Below are positions 1 through 9,454 of a DNA stretch of 64,000 nt, piece after piece. Position 1 is the stretch's first letter; the number at the start of each line of letters is the position of its first letter. Origin of the DNA: a virus. Its lineage: Duplodnaviria; Caudoviricetes. Location of the stretch: positions 21,318 to 85,317 of IMG/VR virus record IMGVR_UViG_2869455143_000004; one strand, 5' to 3'. The translations under genes were made by a program, and so were the position numbers. A model generated the notes under the pieces. The model ran no database searches, was not told the origin of the DNA, and saw nothing but the letters and a program-made list of their open reading frames with translations.

Positions 1-7
1 TGGTTTT

Positions 8-601
8 ATGTTCGTTGCGCGTTCAGGGAATGTATGGCTGCAGCAATATTTCAGTCATACCGGGGCGAGCGCCAGTCGCCAGACGTGGAATGGAGACATG
101 TCCGAACGTACGCCATGGGTTATCGACTACAGCACAGCAAATAAGCCAACAGCCACTGATGTAGGCGCATTGCCTATTACTGGTGGCGGGTTGAATGGCA
201 ATTTGGGTATCGGAACAACTAACGCTCTCGGCGGTAACTCAATTGTTTTGGGCGACAACGACACTGGTTTTAAACAGAACGGTGACGGCATTCTGGATGT
301 TTATGCCAACAGCGCCCATGTTTTCCGTTTTCTCCCCGGCTCCGTTGAAAGCGCGGTGCCGTTAAAAGTTAGTGGAGTTGAAGTTGCAACACAGGCATGG
401 GTGCTACAGAACTTTGTCCAGAATATCGACCTGACGGCACCTGCTGAAGTTGGATTCTGGGATGGGCGGGGCTATCCGCGAGGAACAGATGGGGCAGCCA
501 TGTACAATTTTAAAATGGTTGGTGGGAGCAGTAACGTTGGTAACTATATCATTCGTTATACGCGAAAACAGGTTAATAACACCTGGTATGTAATTAACTA
601 A
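8..601 (+). CDS. Tail fibre protein, C-terminal variable part in the expressed orientation (5' end lies outside the window)
   Basis: Frame is open to the window edge. Contains ALGGNSIVLGDNDTGFKQNGDG and ATQAWVLQNFVQNI, shared with the two inverted cassettes, and is followed by an assembly chaperone. Confidence 0.9.
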   Translation: MFVARSGNVWLQQYFSHTGASASRQTWNGDMSERTPWVIDYSTANKPTATDVGALPITGGGLNGNLGIGTTNALGGNSIVLGDNDTGFKQNGDGILDVYANSAHVFRFLPGSVESAVPLKVSGVEVATQAWVLQNFVQNIDLTAPAEVGFWDGRGYPRGTDGAAMYNFKMVGGSSNVGNYIIRYTRKQVNNTWYVIN

Positions 602-613
602 AGGTAAATAAAA

Positions 614-1144
614 ATGCAACGTTTCGGTAGATTCACCCCCTATACACCTGATACCACTGACAGACCAAAAATTATCGATGGTCAGAATGTTCTATTTTTG
701 CAGGATGATAAAGGTAATGACTGGTATGACGTTATTAAATTATTTAATGAATCTGAAACACTGAAAATTGGCTATGACGATGATGGTCGTGTCAGAACGT
801 TCACGACAAATATTCATGCCTTTTTTCCGGTCAATATGAGTGTTGTAGAGCTTCCGGCTACAAAAGCTAATTTGCGCGTCACGCTGGGGGATGACTGGTT
901 TTATAAAGACGACAAATTGCAGCAAATCCGCAATTACCTGGCTGACGCAGAAGCGGAACGCGACCGCCGCATGGCTAAAGCTACAGCGCGTATTGACTGG
1001 CTTGAAGCTGCGCAAAAAGATGGTGATATATCAGCCGACGAAGAAATGGAACTGGCGGCGTTACGGGCTTATCGTACCGCGCTACGCCGCCTTGACTTAA
1101 CTACAGCACCAGATGTTAAGTGGCCTGAATATTCGGTGGCGTAG
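614..1144 (+). CDS. Tail fibre assembly chaperone (Tfa/U-like) of cassette 1
   Basis: FLQDDKGNDWY motif and C-terminal YR..LRRLD....PDVKWP, typical of the Caudovirales tail fibre assembly family. Confidence 0.88.
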   Translation: MQRFGRFTPYTPDTTDRPKIIDGQNVLFLQDDKGNDWYDVIKLFNESETLKIGYDDDGRVRTFTTNIHAFFPVNMSVVELPATKANLRVTLGDDWFYKDDKLQQIRNYLADAEAERDRRMAKATARIDWLEAAQKDGDISADEEMELAALRAYRTALRRLDLTTAPDVKWPEYSVA

Positions 1145-1655
1145 GCCATTCAGGTTTTGTTGTATCAACACGCATAACTCTCACCCTATATTTTTTCCAT
1201 TCTGACAATGCGGCGGTTTCTTCTGCCGTCGCCATTCCTTCATCGACAGCATCTTGTAGAGGTGCAATAGAGGCAGCTGCGGCAGATAATAGCTCCGTTT
1301 TCTTCGCTTCAGCCTGCGCGTACAATTCCTTTTGTGAATATTGGCGTGGTTTAATTTCACCGTTGTCAAAAACCCAACCACCTGATATATCCACATTTTT
1401 ATTTTCAGTGCCGATTTCAACTTCAACAACACTTAAGTTTCGCGGGTAAATGTTTGAAACGTCTCGGCTAATGCTGCGAATAATACCGGCTTCATCGTAA
1501 GCAATTTTCAATGTATCTGGTGAGAAATTTGTCTGTGATTGATACCAATCTTGTCCATCCTCAGAAACATAAAATTCAACATTATGTTCTTTGATAAGCA
1601 ACAGGCTATTTTCATCGTTTGGTGTGTATTTTTTTAGATTTTTAAGGTGCTGCAT
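1116..1655 (-). CDS. Tail fibre assembly chaperone of cassette 2
   Basis: SEDGQDWY and WKKYRVRVMRVDTTKPEWP motifs; lies downstream of the inverted fibre cassette. Confidence 0.88.
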   Translation of the reverse strand: MQHLKNLKKYTPNDENSLLLIKEHNVEFYVSEDGQDWYQSQTNFSPDTLKIAYDEAGIIRSISRDVSNIYPRNLSVVEVEIGTENKNVDISGGWVFDNGEIKPRQYSQKELYAQAEAKKTELLSAAAASIAPLQDAVDEGMATAEETAALSEWKKYRVRVMRVDTTKPEWPTPPNIQAT

Positions 1656-1670
1656 TTTATCCTTTACCTC

Positions 1671-2981
1671 TTATTCGATGACATTATACCAGGTGCCGTT
1701 AATCAGTTTTTGAATATAACGGACAAGTAGACCACCAACGTTCGAGCTACCACCGACCATCCATATTGCTGTCGCAAATGCGCTGTCATTGCTGGACCAG
1801 CTAGCACCATCCCAAAACTTACGCTCCTGCGGCGCACTGACGCGAATATTCTGGACAAAGTTCTGTAATACCCATTCCTGCGTTGCGTAATTACCTCTCG
1901 GCTGATATCGACCATCAAAATTTTCGTAGTTTCCCGGAAGAATCCGACCACCGCTTACCCAGTCCCCATCACTGTTCATGAAGGCTTGCCCATCTGTACC
2001 ATTTACAGAACGGGACTTATTAATCATGTAAATGCCAAACTGATGATTACCCAGCCCACCAAGGATAAAATGTCTGTCCGGGTGTTCCTGCCTGACAATT
2101 GCTGATGCGCCGTCTTTGTCCACAGGTGCAACGCTGGAAAAACAAGTCTGCTCGCGCATGTAAATCCAGCTCCCCGTTGAGCCAAATACCTGCACACCAC
2201 CGGGAACAATCCTCATCACCTGACGACTATTGGAATAAGCATCAAGAACGCCGTCACCGTTCTGTTTAAATCCGGTATCACCGTCGCCCAAAGCAATTGA
2301 GTTACCACCGAGGGCGCTCTCAATCCCAATACCCAACGCACCGTTAATCTGAGCACCACCGCTGGCGAGTAATTTGTGAGACATCGAAATCTCACCCGTT
2401 CGGAGGTTAATGCTGATTGGTCGCAGTGGGCCGATATCGCCATTCTCCCCCTGATTTTCCAGCGTGGGGATAAGATGCAGGCTCTCTTCCGAACGCCGGA
2501 AAATCAGGCCAAACTGTGCATTAAATATCCTCAGCGCATTGGCTCCTGGAATTTTCAACTCACCACTCATGGTGTCACCGGAACGCTTCAAATCCCTGCG
2601 CCATCCGGGTAAATATCCATCACCATGATTGATATAGGTAAACTGAGCGCTGAGTGCACCTTCACCTGTCGTGGCTGTAGTGACACGAATAGTCATCGCG
2701 CCACGGTCGCCCATTACCTCGACCACAGCCCCAGCCAACTGGATATTTCCACATCCCGTATCGGTGATAGTTCGGTTATCACCGTAAGACCATGAACCCT
2801 TGCACATCCAGTACGGATGATTAAATGCCCCCTGCGATTCGAGCCAGACGATAAACTCCGCAGTTGTCCAGTTGCCGCCTCCACCAATGCTAATACCGCC
2901 TCTGAAAGCTCTCGCAGCACCGACATTACGCACGAATAAATCTTTGTCGGGAACATCCGCGCCGTTCTGGTCTTTTTGCAA
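1671..2981 (-). CDS. Silent alternative tail fibre variable segment (Sv', cassette 2)
   Basis: Frame stays open upstream to the crossover site (NVGLVETINRAAGALQKDQNG). No RBS of its own. Near-identical N-terminal part to cassette 3. Confidence 0.88.
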   Translation of the reverse strand: MQKDQNGADVPDKDLFVRNVGAARAFRGGISIGGGGNWTTAEFIVWLESQGAFNHPYWMCKGSWSYGDNRTITDTGCGNIQLAGAVVEVMGDRGAMTIRVTTATTGEGALSAQFTYINHGDGYLPGWRRDLKRSGDTMSGELKIPGANALRIFNAQFGLIFRRSEESLHLIPTLENQGENGDIGPLRPISINLRTGEISMSHKLLASGGAQINGALGIGIESALGGNSIALGDGDTGFKQNGDGVLDAYSNSRQVMRIVPGGVQVFGSTGSWIYMREQTCFSSVAPVDKDGASAIVRQEHPDRHFILGGLGNHQFGIYMINKSRSVNGTDGQAFMNSDGDWVSGGRILPGNYENFDGRYQPRGNYATQEWVLQNFVQNIRVSAPQERKFWDGASWSSNDSAFATAIWMVGGSSNVGGLLVRYIQKLINGTWYNVIE

Positions 2982-3004
2982 CGCCCCGGCAGCGCGATTT
3001 ATCG

Positions 3005-3030
3005 TTTCTACTAAACCAACGTTTTAGCTC
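3005..3030. other. Invertase crossover site (cix/mix/hix-like)
   Basis: TTTCTACTAAACCAACGTTTTAGCTC resembles the hix/gix/cix consensus with an AAACC-AA-GTTTT core. It sits exactly at the 5' end of cassette 2 and contains the stop codon of the 3024..3554 chaperone. Confidence 0.82.
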
Positions 3031-3554
3031 CCAGGAGCCGTAGGCCATTCTGGTTTTGACGTATCTACCCGATTCACCATGACGCTGTAGCGTTCCCAGA
3101 TTTCAAGCAAGCCGGTTTCTTCACTGGTAGCAATGCCCAGTTTTACCGCCCGTTCAAGGGGAGCAATTGCCGCCATAGCCTCTGCCAGCAGGCTGGATTT
3201 TTTTCTTTCGGCCTGCTCTACTAACTCTGCCTGCGTATAAACACGAGGAGATACTTTCCCGTCCCGATACTGCCAGCCGCCATCGATCCAAACGTCATCG
3301 AATGACGTGGTGTACTCCACCTCTGCAACACTTTTGTCGACTGGCCAAAGCGTCGTTATATCACGGGAAAAAGAGCGTATAATTCCCTCGTCATCAATGA
3401 CAAGTTTCATTGTATCTGCGGAAAATTTCTTCTGTGCTTCATACCAGTCCGTTCCATCTTCTGCCCGCAAAAACATTACGTTGTGCTTTTCTGCTAATTC
3501 AGCCTGTTCACCTTCCACAGGATGATATCGAGTAAATCTTTTAAAAAACTGCAT
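3024..3554 (-). CDS. Tail fibre assembly chaperone of cassette 3
   Basis: AEDGTDWY and RVDTSKPEWP motifs; paralogue of 1116..1655. Confidence 0.88.
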   Translation of the reverse strand: MQFFKRFTRYHPVEGEQAELAEKHNVMFLRAEDGTDWYEAQKKFSADTMKLVIDDEGIIRSFSRDITTLWPVDKSVAEVEYTTSFDDVWIDGGWQYRDGKVSPRVYTQAELVEQAERKKSSLLAEAMAAIAPLERAVKLGIATSEETGLLEIWERYSVMVNRVDTSKPEWPTAPGS

Positions 3555-3557
3555 TCT

Positions 3558-4970
3558 TTATACCCGTCCAATTGTGAGCCAGTTACCGTTGATATTCTGC
3601 TGAATCCAGGTGTAATAAAACCCTTCGTTGTTGTCCCATTCCCCATTAACCTGAGAGCCAATTAGCACACCTCCGGCTGGCACCAGGCGCTGACCTGAAT
3701 TTTTTTCTGCGTCAATATAAGCCACACCTGATTGTCGGATATTCTGAACAAAGTTTTGCAATACCCACGCTTGAGTTGCGTAATTATCTTTTGGCTGATA
3801 ACGAGCATCAAAGTTTGCGTAGCTGCCTGGAAGAATCTGACCGCCACATACCCAGTCTCCGTTTTCATCCAGATAAGCATGCCCATCAGTTCCATTTTCT
3901 GAACGGGATTTATTTATCATGTAAATGCCGAACTGATGATTACCCAGCCCGCCAAGTATAAAGTGTCTGTCCTGATGTTCCTGCCTGACAATTGCTGATG
4001 CGCCGTCATTATTCACAGGTGTAACGTTGGAAAAACAAATCTGCTCGCGCAGGTGAATCCACATCCCCGTTGAGCCAAATACCTGCACAGCACCGGGTGC
4101 AATTCTCATCACCTGACGACTATTGGAATAAGCATCAAGAACACCGTCACCGTTCTGTTTAAAGCCAGTGTCGCTATCGCCCAAAACAATTGAATTCTCG
4201 CCCAGGGCATTATCAACCCCAATACCCAGTGAGCTGCTAATCTGAGCACCACCGCTGGCGAGTAATTTATGTTGAATCATAACCTCACCCGTTCTCAGAT
4301 TAATACTGAGTGGGCGCAGTGGGCCGATATCGCCATTCTCCCCCTGATTTTCCAACGTGGGGATAAGATGCAGGCTCTCTTCCGAACGCCGGAAAATCAG
4401 GCCTCGTTGTTCATCAAATATCCTCAGGGCATTAGCCCCATGGATTTTCAGTTCACCGAGCATTGTGTCGCCTGAGCGTTTCAAATCTCTGCGCCAACCC
4501 GGTGAATACCCATCACCATGGCTGACGTAAGTGAACTGCGCATTTACAACACCACCCGTTGAAGTAGTTGCTGTTGTGACACGAATGGTCATCGCACCAC
4601 GTTCGCCCATAACCTCAACAACTGCGCCGGATAACTGGATATTTCCACACCCTGTATCAGTGATAGTTCGGTTATCACCGTAAGACCACGAACCTCTACA
4701 CATCCAGTACGGATGATTAAATGCCCCTTGATTTTCAAGCCAGACAATAAATTCCGGTGTCGTCCAGTTTCCGCCTCCACCAATGCTTACAAAACTGCTA
4801 AATGCTCGTGCCGCACCGATATTACGCACGAACCAATCAGGTTGTGGAACATCCGCGCCGTTCTGGTCTTTTTGCAGTGATCCAGCTGCGCGATTTATGG
4901 TTTCCACTAAACCAACATTTCTGATATCCCCCTCATAAGTATCGGATACAATTCGCCGTTTTTTTCTCAC
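3558..4970 (-). CDS. Silent alternative tail fibre variable segment (cassette 3); functional part begins at the crossover site near 4915
   Basis: NVGLVETINRAAGSLQKDQNG start shared with cassette 2; distinct C-terminal tip. Confidence 0.88.
   Translation of the reverse strand: MRKKRRIVSDTYEGDIRNVGLVETINRAAGSLQKDQNGADVPQPDWFVRNIGAARAFSSFVSIGGGGNWTTPEFIVWLENQGAFNHPYWMCRGSWSYGDNRTITDTGCGNIQLSGAVVEVMGERGAMTIRVTTATTSTGGVVNAQFTYVSHGDGYSPGWRRDLKRSGDTMLGELKIHGANALRIFDEQRGLIFRRSEESLHLIPTLENQGENGDIGPLRPLSINLRTGEVMIQHKLLASGGAQISSSLGIGVDNALGENSIVLGDSDTGFKQNGDGVLDAYSNSRQVMRIAPGAVQVFGSTGMWIHLREQICFSNVTPVNNDGASAIVRQEHQDRHFILGGLGNHQFGIYMINKSRSENGTDGHAYLDENGDWVCGGQILPGSYANFDARYQPKDNYATQAWVLQNFVQNIRQSGVAYIDAEKNSGQRLVPAGGVLIGSQVNGEWDNNEGFYYTWIQQNINGNWLTIGRV
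4901..4926. other. Invertase crossover site (cix/mix/hix-like)
   Basis: TTTCCACTAAACCAACATTTCTGATA, same orientation as 3005..3030 and adjacent to the invertase gene. Confidence 0.85.
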
Positions 4971-4989
4971 AGAAAATAGGTTAAAAAAT

Positions 4990-5631
4990 ATGCGAATTGG
5001 TTATGTTCGAGTGTCAACAATTGACCAAAACCCTGAACTTCAGCGCGAAGCTATTGAACGTGCAAATTGTGAGCTAATTTTCGAAGACAAAATGACCGGC
5101 ACGAAAGCTAAAAGACCAGGGTTAAACCGCTTACTCAAAAAATTAAAACCTGGCGATACGGTTGTTGTATGGAAGCTGGACCGGTTGGGGCGTTCACTCA
5201 TAAACCTGGCGGATCTGCTACAAACATTTAAACAGAAAAATATCAAGTTTCTGTCTCTGACCGAAGGCATAAATACCGATACATCAATGGGGCGTTTCAC
5301 ATTCCATATTATGTCGGCGCTGGCGGAAATGGAGCGTGAAATCATCATTGAGCGAACGCGCGCGGGCTTGGCTGTTGCACGTAAAAAAGGCCGAATAGGT
5401 GGTCGCCCACCAAAATACTCACAGGAAGATTGGGCGCAGATGGGACGCCTGATTCTCGATGGCATGAGCCGTAATCAGGTAGCCATTATTTTCGATGTTG
5501 GTGTCTCGACGCTCTATAAAAAGTTTCCTGCATCACAGATGGAAAGCCTGGACGATGCGTATACGGATGCCTATGAACAAGCCGAGTTCAACAAGCGACC
5601 GATATGGGAGCAGGCTCTGGAGGAAGGCTAG
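4990..5631 (+). CDS. cin: Serine DNA invertase (Cin/Min/Hin family)
   Basis: IGYVRVST catalytic motif, VVWKLDRLGRS, GRIGGRP and a C-terminal HTH (VGVSTLYKKFP); next to the invertible fibre cassettes. Confidence 0.95.
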   Translation: MRIGYVRVSTIDQNPELQREAIERANCELIFEDKMTGTKAKRPGLNRLLKKLKPGDTVVVWKLDRLGRSLINLADLLQTFKQKNIKFLSLTEGINTDTSMGRFTFHIMSALAEMEREIIIERTRAGLAVARKKGRIGGRPPKYSQEDWAQMGRLILDGMSRNQVAIIFDVGVSTLYKKFPASQMESLDDAYTDAYEQAEFNKRPIWEQALEEG

Positions 5632-5680
5632 ATAGGTTCTAAGTTCAAACAGCCCCAGCCAACTCCTTTCATTTGCAATA

Positions 5681-5697
5681 CACATACTCACTACTCT
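5681..5697 (+). promoter_or_regulatory. Putative late promoter (lydA operon)
   Basis: CACATACTCAC-TACTCT; shared activator-site plus -10 motif (see findings). Confidence 0.6.
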
Positions 5698-5731
5698 GCA
5701 CCTTTCAAATCAGTAGTTTTACGGAGGGTTT

Positions 5732-6046
5732 GTGGCAGAAGTAGAAGCGAATCTCATACAGGCGCTTTTCCTGTCGCTACTCAGCGGCATTGGCGTTTTC
5801 CTGCATGGGGTGCGCGAGGAAAGGATAAAAGCGTCATCCCTTAACTTGCTCACCGAATTGGTGTTAGCGGTACTCGCAGGATTGACCGCTTATTACATCG
5901 CCAGACATAAGGCCTGGGACGATAGCTTGCTATATCTCGCCGTGCTCGTTGTTAGCAACAACGGTCGCGAGGTGTCTACAGCTCTCAAAAACCGACTTAT
6001 CGACACAATCCAATATTTATTTGGGCCAAAAGGGGGCCGGGGCTAA
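5732..6046 (+). CDS. lydA: Holin LydA-like
   Basis: Two or three hydrophobic segments; LSGIGVFLHGVRE and VSNNGREV match P1 LydA; P1 synteny. Confidence 0.85.
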   Translation: MAEVEANLIQALFLSLLSGIGVFLHGVREERIKASSLNLLTELVLAVLAGLTAYYIARHKAWDDSLLYLAVLVVSNNGREVSTALKNRLIDTIQYLFGPKGGRG

Positions 6047-6495
6047 TGAACGATATTCAACAATATTTCCTTGTGGGAATGGCTGCGATAGCGGTGCTCG
6101 ATCGCTTTTTGTGTAAAAGAAAGCAGGTCGTGTTGCTGGGGGCCGGTGAAGGCGTCGTTAAGGACAATGCGATAGCTTTCCCGGTTAAGTTTAAGGTCAA
6201 TTGCGAGAAGCTAACCGGCGCGCATATCGAATATTGGTTGCGCGACTCCAGTAACCCCACTGCGGTAATTACGGGTAAGACCAGAACACTGGATTTAACG
6301 CCCAAAGGCTTAAACCAGGAGTATTTACTTATTGATACTCGCTATCTGGATACGGGGACCTGGGAACTAACGATCCGTGTAACGCACGGCAATAGTCGAA
6401 TGAATCCGCTGTATCGTATTTTCCCGCTTCAGGAATCAACTTCCCGTAATTACCTCATCACAAAGGAGAAAGGGGGATACAGTGTCATCAACTAA
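6046..6495 (+). CDS. lydB: Antiholin LydB-like
   Basis: THGNSRMNPLYRIFP motif as in P1 LydB; overlaps the lydA stop codon. Confidence 0.85.
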   Translation: MNDIQQYFLVGMAAIAVLDRFLCKRKQVVLLGAGEGVVKDNAIAFPVKFKVNCEKLTGAHIEYWLRDSSNPTAVITGKTRTLDLTPKGLNQEYLLIDTRYLDTGTWELTIRVTHGNSRMNPLYRIFPLQESTSRNYLITKEKGGYSVIN

Positions 6496-7114
6496 AGATA
6501 AGGGCTACATCACGCTTAACTTTGACGAGTTGAACGAGAAAGGCCTTGATAAGCTGAAGAAGGCTATCTCTAAATCAGGGTATGAGGTTGTCAAAATCAT
6601 ACCTGCAGGCACAGCCCGTCGAAAAGATGGTATCCCGGTAAAAACTTTCGAGCTGAAAGGGATTGATGAACAGGCTATGGTTGTTCAGGTCAACAACACT
6701 GGCGATATCTCTGGCATTAAGCTGAACGGCAAGAACGCACCATACACCCCCGTAAAAACTATGGCTGAGCTGGGTAAATCATTAGCTGATTTATTCCGTA
6801 AAGGCTCCACCGCATTTCAGAAAGCGCTAGCCAGAAAACTCGCGCGGGCTGCGAAAAAAGATGAGGCTGGCAATAAACCAAAAACTACCAAAGGCGTTAA
6901 ATCCAGTGTGCAGATCCTCAGCGATGCGCGCGCACGTCGTGAGGAACTGAAGGGCGGTATTACCGCGACTCAAAAGAAAATTGAGTCCTTATCCTCTGAT
7001 TCCGACATGACGCAAAAGTCGCGTGAAAACATCCAGGCCGAGCTAAATCTGGAGCTGGCAAAAACCAGTCAGTTAGAGAAAGAGATCGCACAACTGCAGA
7101 AGGGGGAAAAATGA
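6482..7114 (+). CDS. hdf: Hdf (DarA-associated antirestriction/head protein)
   Basis: About 210 aa, NFDELNEKGL start, C-terminal coiled coil; lies between lydB and darA as in P1. Confidence 0.75.
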   Translation: MSSTKDKGYITLNFDELNEKGLDKLKKAISKSGYEVVKIIPAGTARRKDGIPVKTFELKGIDEQAMVVQVNNTGDISGIKLNGKNAPYTPVKTMAELGKSLADLFRKGSTAFQKALARKLARAAKKDEAGNKPKTTKGVKSSVQILSDARARREELKGGITATQKKIESLSSDSDMTQKSRENIQAELNLELAKTSQLEKEIAQLQKGEK

Positions 7115-9009
7115 CCGTAATACTGACTGACAAAATTCTTCTGAAAGACGTGCCTGGCTATATAGCGCCTGCAGTTTCTGATGATATTTACAACGAACTG
7201 ATGAAGGGCCAGAGCGCCGATTTGATGCTGGAAAGCGCCACTATTGAAGAAGTGGACCAGTCTTATCTTGGCGATGAGCTGGTCTATGTCTCTCATGCAG
7301 CAATGTTTGAAGCGATTAGCACTGAGCGCATGCGTTTGTCGCAGACCATGCGCGCGTTCGTAAGGGCATTAAATCGCGGTTTGAACGGAACCGACATTAA
7401 AGCAGGTACGGATGATGCTGGCCTGGACGATAGCGGTGAAAAAACGATTGGAGGGGCTGTCATCGGTAAGGTTCGCCGGGTGAACAGTATTCCAATTATG
7501 ACGGCGTTGATTCCATTATCAGATGGGCAGTCAATTTCCCTGGTTTTCCACTCCCCGACTGCAGATAACGGGCGCGTAAAGAACAATGATTTGCTGGTGG
7601 CCTTCCGTTTCTTGCTGAACAAGCGCGATGTAACACATATTGTGGCCCCCATTGGCGGTCGCGATGTGTCTTTGCAGCAAGTAACGCAAGCTCTTGCAAA
7701 CCTGGCAGAGCGTAACAGTGCAAAATTCACGAAGCAGCAAGATGCTCAGGTTAAATTACGCAGTGATATAGACGCGCTGAACGCTGAAAATGATCAGTTA
7801 AGCGAACAACAATCCTCTCTGCTAACTCAGGTCGAATCACTCCAGACCAAGTTAATCGCACATCAGAGCGATGAGCGGGACGTGCGGGAGAAGCTCGCTA
7901 ACCAGCGTCGAATTAATGCCGAACTGGAGGCTAAAATTGTAGCTTTGCAGGGAGTATCTCAGGCCGGTACCACTGATACCGGTTCATCTTTCACGGATGC
8001 AACGCGCAAAGTGAAAGACCGTATGGGTATTGATGGTAAGGCAACTCTGAGTAATGGGGCCATAATCCGTTACAACTCATATGATCATGACGGCGAGCTG
8101 CAAGGTAGCGTAATTATTACCGATCCTTCTGGTAAGGTTTATGAAATGCCATCCCCATCATCCCAGGGCGGGGCTATGGGGGTTACTGCAACTAAATTAC
8201 TGAAAGCCTATCGAGAGAACCGCGCTGATCGTTACGTTGTCACGACACCACCACCACCAGAACTTCCCCCGGAGCAACCGCCAGAACAACCGCCGGAGTT
8301 GCCACCAGAACAACCGCCAGAACCAACCGCTAAGTACCGTTATGCGCTTACAAGTCGCCCAGCGAGTATCGGTGCTGTCCCGGCAGATCACACTGCAATT
8401 TTGGATGCGCCGGAACAGAGCGATAAATATGGTCGTTTGGCTCGTCATGGTTTCATTGAATACGATCGTAAGCTGACAGAGCAGGAAGCCTCTAATTTTG
8501 AGTTGAAGCTGATTCCGACCGAGGCGGATCTCGATGTACTGGCGAAAACCGTCGTTAGTGATTCAATGGCTAATTACGCACAGCAATATGTTGAAATGGC
8601 TGAGAGTGACCCGGCAACGTTCGGCTCTCAGGTGAAGCTGAATACGAAGAAAGCTGCGCCGAACATTGCTTACCCGGAAGGCGACGATCTCGATTACTTT
8701 ATGGAGAAAGTTAAGGCCGAGTTGGTAAGCCAAACACCTCCCACGCCGCCGCAGACTAATGAGGAAACTCCCGTGGTATCTGAAGCCGATACAGCAGCGA
8801 ATGATGCGTTGAGTTATCTGGATGCCGTAATGCAACTGCAGTCGAAAGACATAGCGGAAATCCGTGACGCCCGTAACAAGGTTCGCGGGGCTATTGCCGC
8901 ACTACAGAATGCTGGTCGTTTTGACGAAAATGAAGACAAAGTGAATGCCGCTGCGCAACACCTGTCTGATTTACTGGTGGCAATTCAAAGAGAGGGGGCT
9001 GGAGCATGA
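7111..9009 (+). CDS. darA: Defence-against-restriction protein DarA
   Basis: 632 aa. N-terminal domain LSDGQSISLVFHSP...RFLLNKRDVTH.VAP, central coiled coil; P1 synteny. Confidence 0.88.
   Translation: MTVILTDKILLKDVPGYIAPAVSDDIYNELMKGQSADLMLESATIEEVDQSYLGDELVYVSHAAMFEAISTERMRLSQTMRAFVRALNRGLNGTDIKAGTDDAGLDDSGEKTIGGAVIGKVRRVNSIPIMTALIPLSDGQSISLVFHSPTADNGRVKNNDLLVAFRFLLNKRDVTHIVAPIGGRDVSLQQVTQALANLAERNSAKFTKQQDAQVKLRSDIDALNAENDQLSEQQSSLLTQVESLQTKLIAHQSDERDVREKLANQRRINAELEAKIVALQGVSQAGTTDTGSSFTDATRKVKDRMGIDGKATLSNGAIIRYNSYDHDGELQGSVIITDPSGKVYEMPSPSSQGGAMGVTATKLLKAYRENRADRYVVTTPPPPELPPEQPPEQPPELPPEQPPEPTAKYRYALTSRPASIGAVPADHTAILDAPEQSDKYGRLARHGFIEYDRKLTEQEASNFELKLIPTEADLDVLAKTVVSDSMANYAQQYVEMAESDPATFGSQVKLNTKKAAPNIAYPEGDDLDYFMEKVKAELVSQTPPTPPQTNEETPVVSEADTAANDALSYLDAVMQLQSKDIAEIRDARNKVRGAIAALQNAGRFDENEDKVNAAAQHLSDLLVAIQREGAGA
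8248..8325 (+). repeat. In-frame Pro-rich tandem repeat (PPEQ/PPEL units) in darA
   Basis: CCGCCAGAACAA-like 12-nt units encoding PPPPELPPEQPPEQPPELPPEQPPEP. Confidence 0.85.
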
Positions 9010-9353
9010 ATTTAAGCGCGCTGGAACGCCTTGACCTGAATGATCGCCTGGATGAATTGATGGTTCAGGCCACAACAGCTAAAGGGCTGGATTTGCTGGA
9101 TTTGAATGACGAAATCGACGCTATTTTGGTGAAGCTGGGTTACGGTACCGAATCAATCCCAGCCGACCCAGCTGAAGATAATACGCCGTCTATCGTTAAA
9201 GACTTTCTCTCCGGGAAGTTTGTAAAACAGGCCCAAATGGATTTTGTGGATACGCTTCGCCAGGTCGGTGAGTACCTTAACGAATTTCTGACACTGGACG
9301 ATATGAAGGGCCAGGCCAATGCGTGGGTTGCTCAGAATGACTACGCCATCTGA
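9006..9353 (+). CDS. ddrA: DdrA-like protein
   Basis: 115 aa acidic protein immediately after darA; P1 synteny. Confidence 0.7.
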   Translation: MNLSALERLDLNDRLDELMVQATTAKGLDLLDLNDEIDAILVKLGYGTESIPADPAEDNTPSIVKDFLSGKFVKQAQMDFVDTLRQVGEYLNEFLTLDDMKGQANAWVAQNDYAI

Positions 9354-9365
9354 TCTCTGATAACC

Positions 9366-9389
9366 AGCCCCGTTAATCGGGGCTTTTTC
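9366..9389 (+). terminator. Rho-independent terminator after ddrA
   Basis: AGCCCCG-TTAAT-CGGGGCT followed by a T-run. Confidence 0.75.
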
Positions 9390-9406
9390 TTCTCCCCTCT
9401 GAATAA

Positions 9407-9423
9407 CACACACTCCTTATCCT
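9407..9423 (+). promoter_or_regulatory. Putative late promoter (ddrB)
   Basis: CACACACTCCT-TATCCT, directly after the terminator. Confidence 0.62.
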
Positions 9424-9454
9424 TCACGAAACCTAAAACGTGGAGGTATGACCG

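Noticed and set aside
8-4970. Repeated fibre segments as a diversity-generating retroelement (TR/VR)
   Set aside because: No reverse transcriptase is present, differences are not adenine-specific, and crossover sites plus an invertase explain the layout.
3558-4970. N-terminal MRKKRRIVSDTYEG of the ORF-track call as a real protein start
   Set aside because: It lies beyond the crossover site in the cin upstream region; the cassette is only expected to be expressed after inversion.
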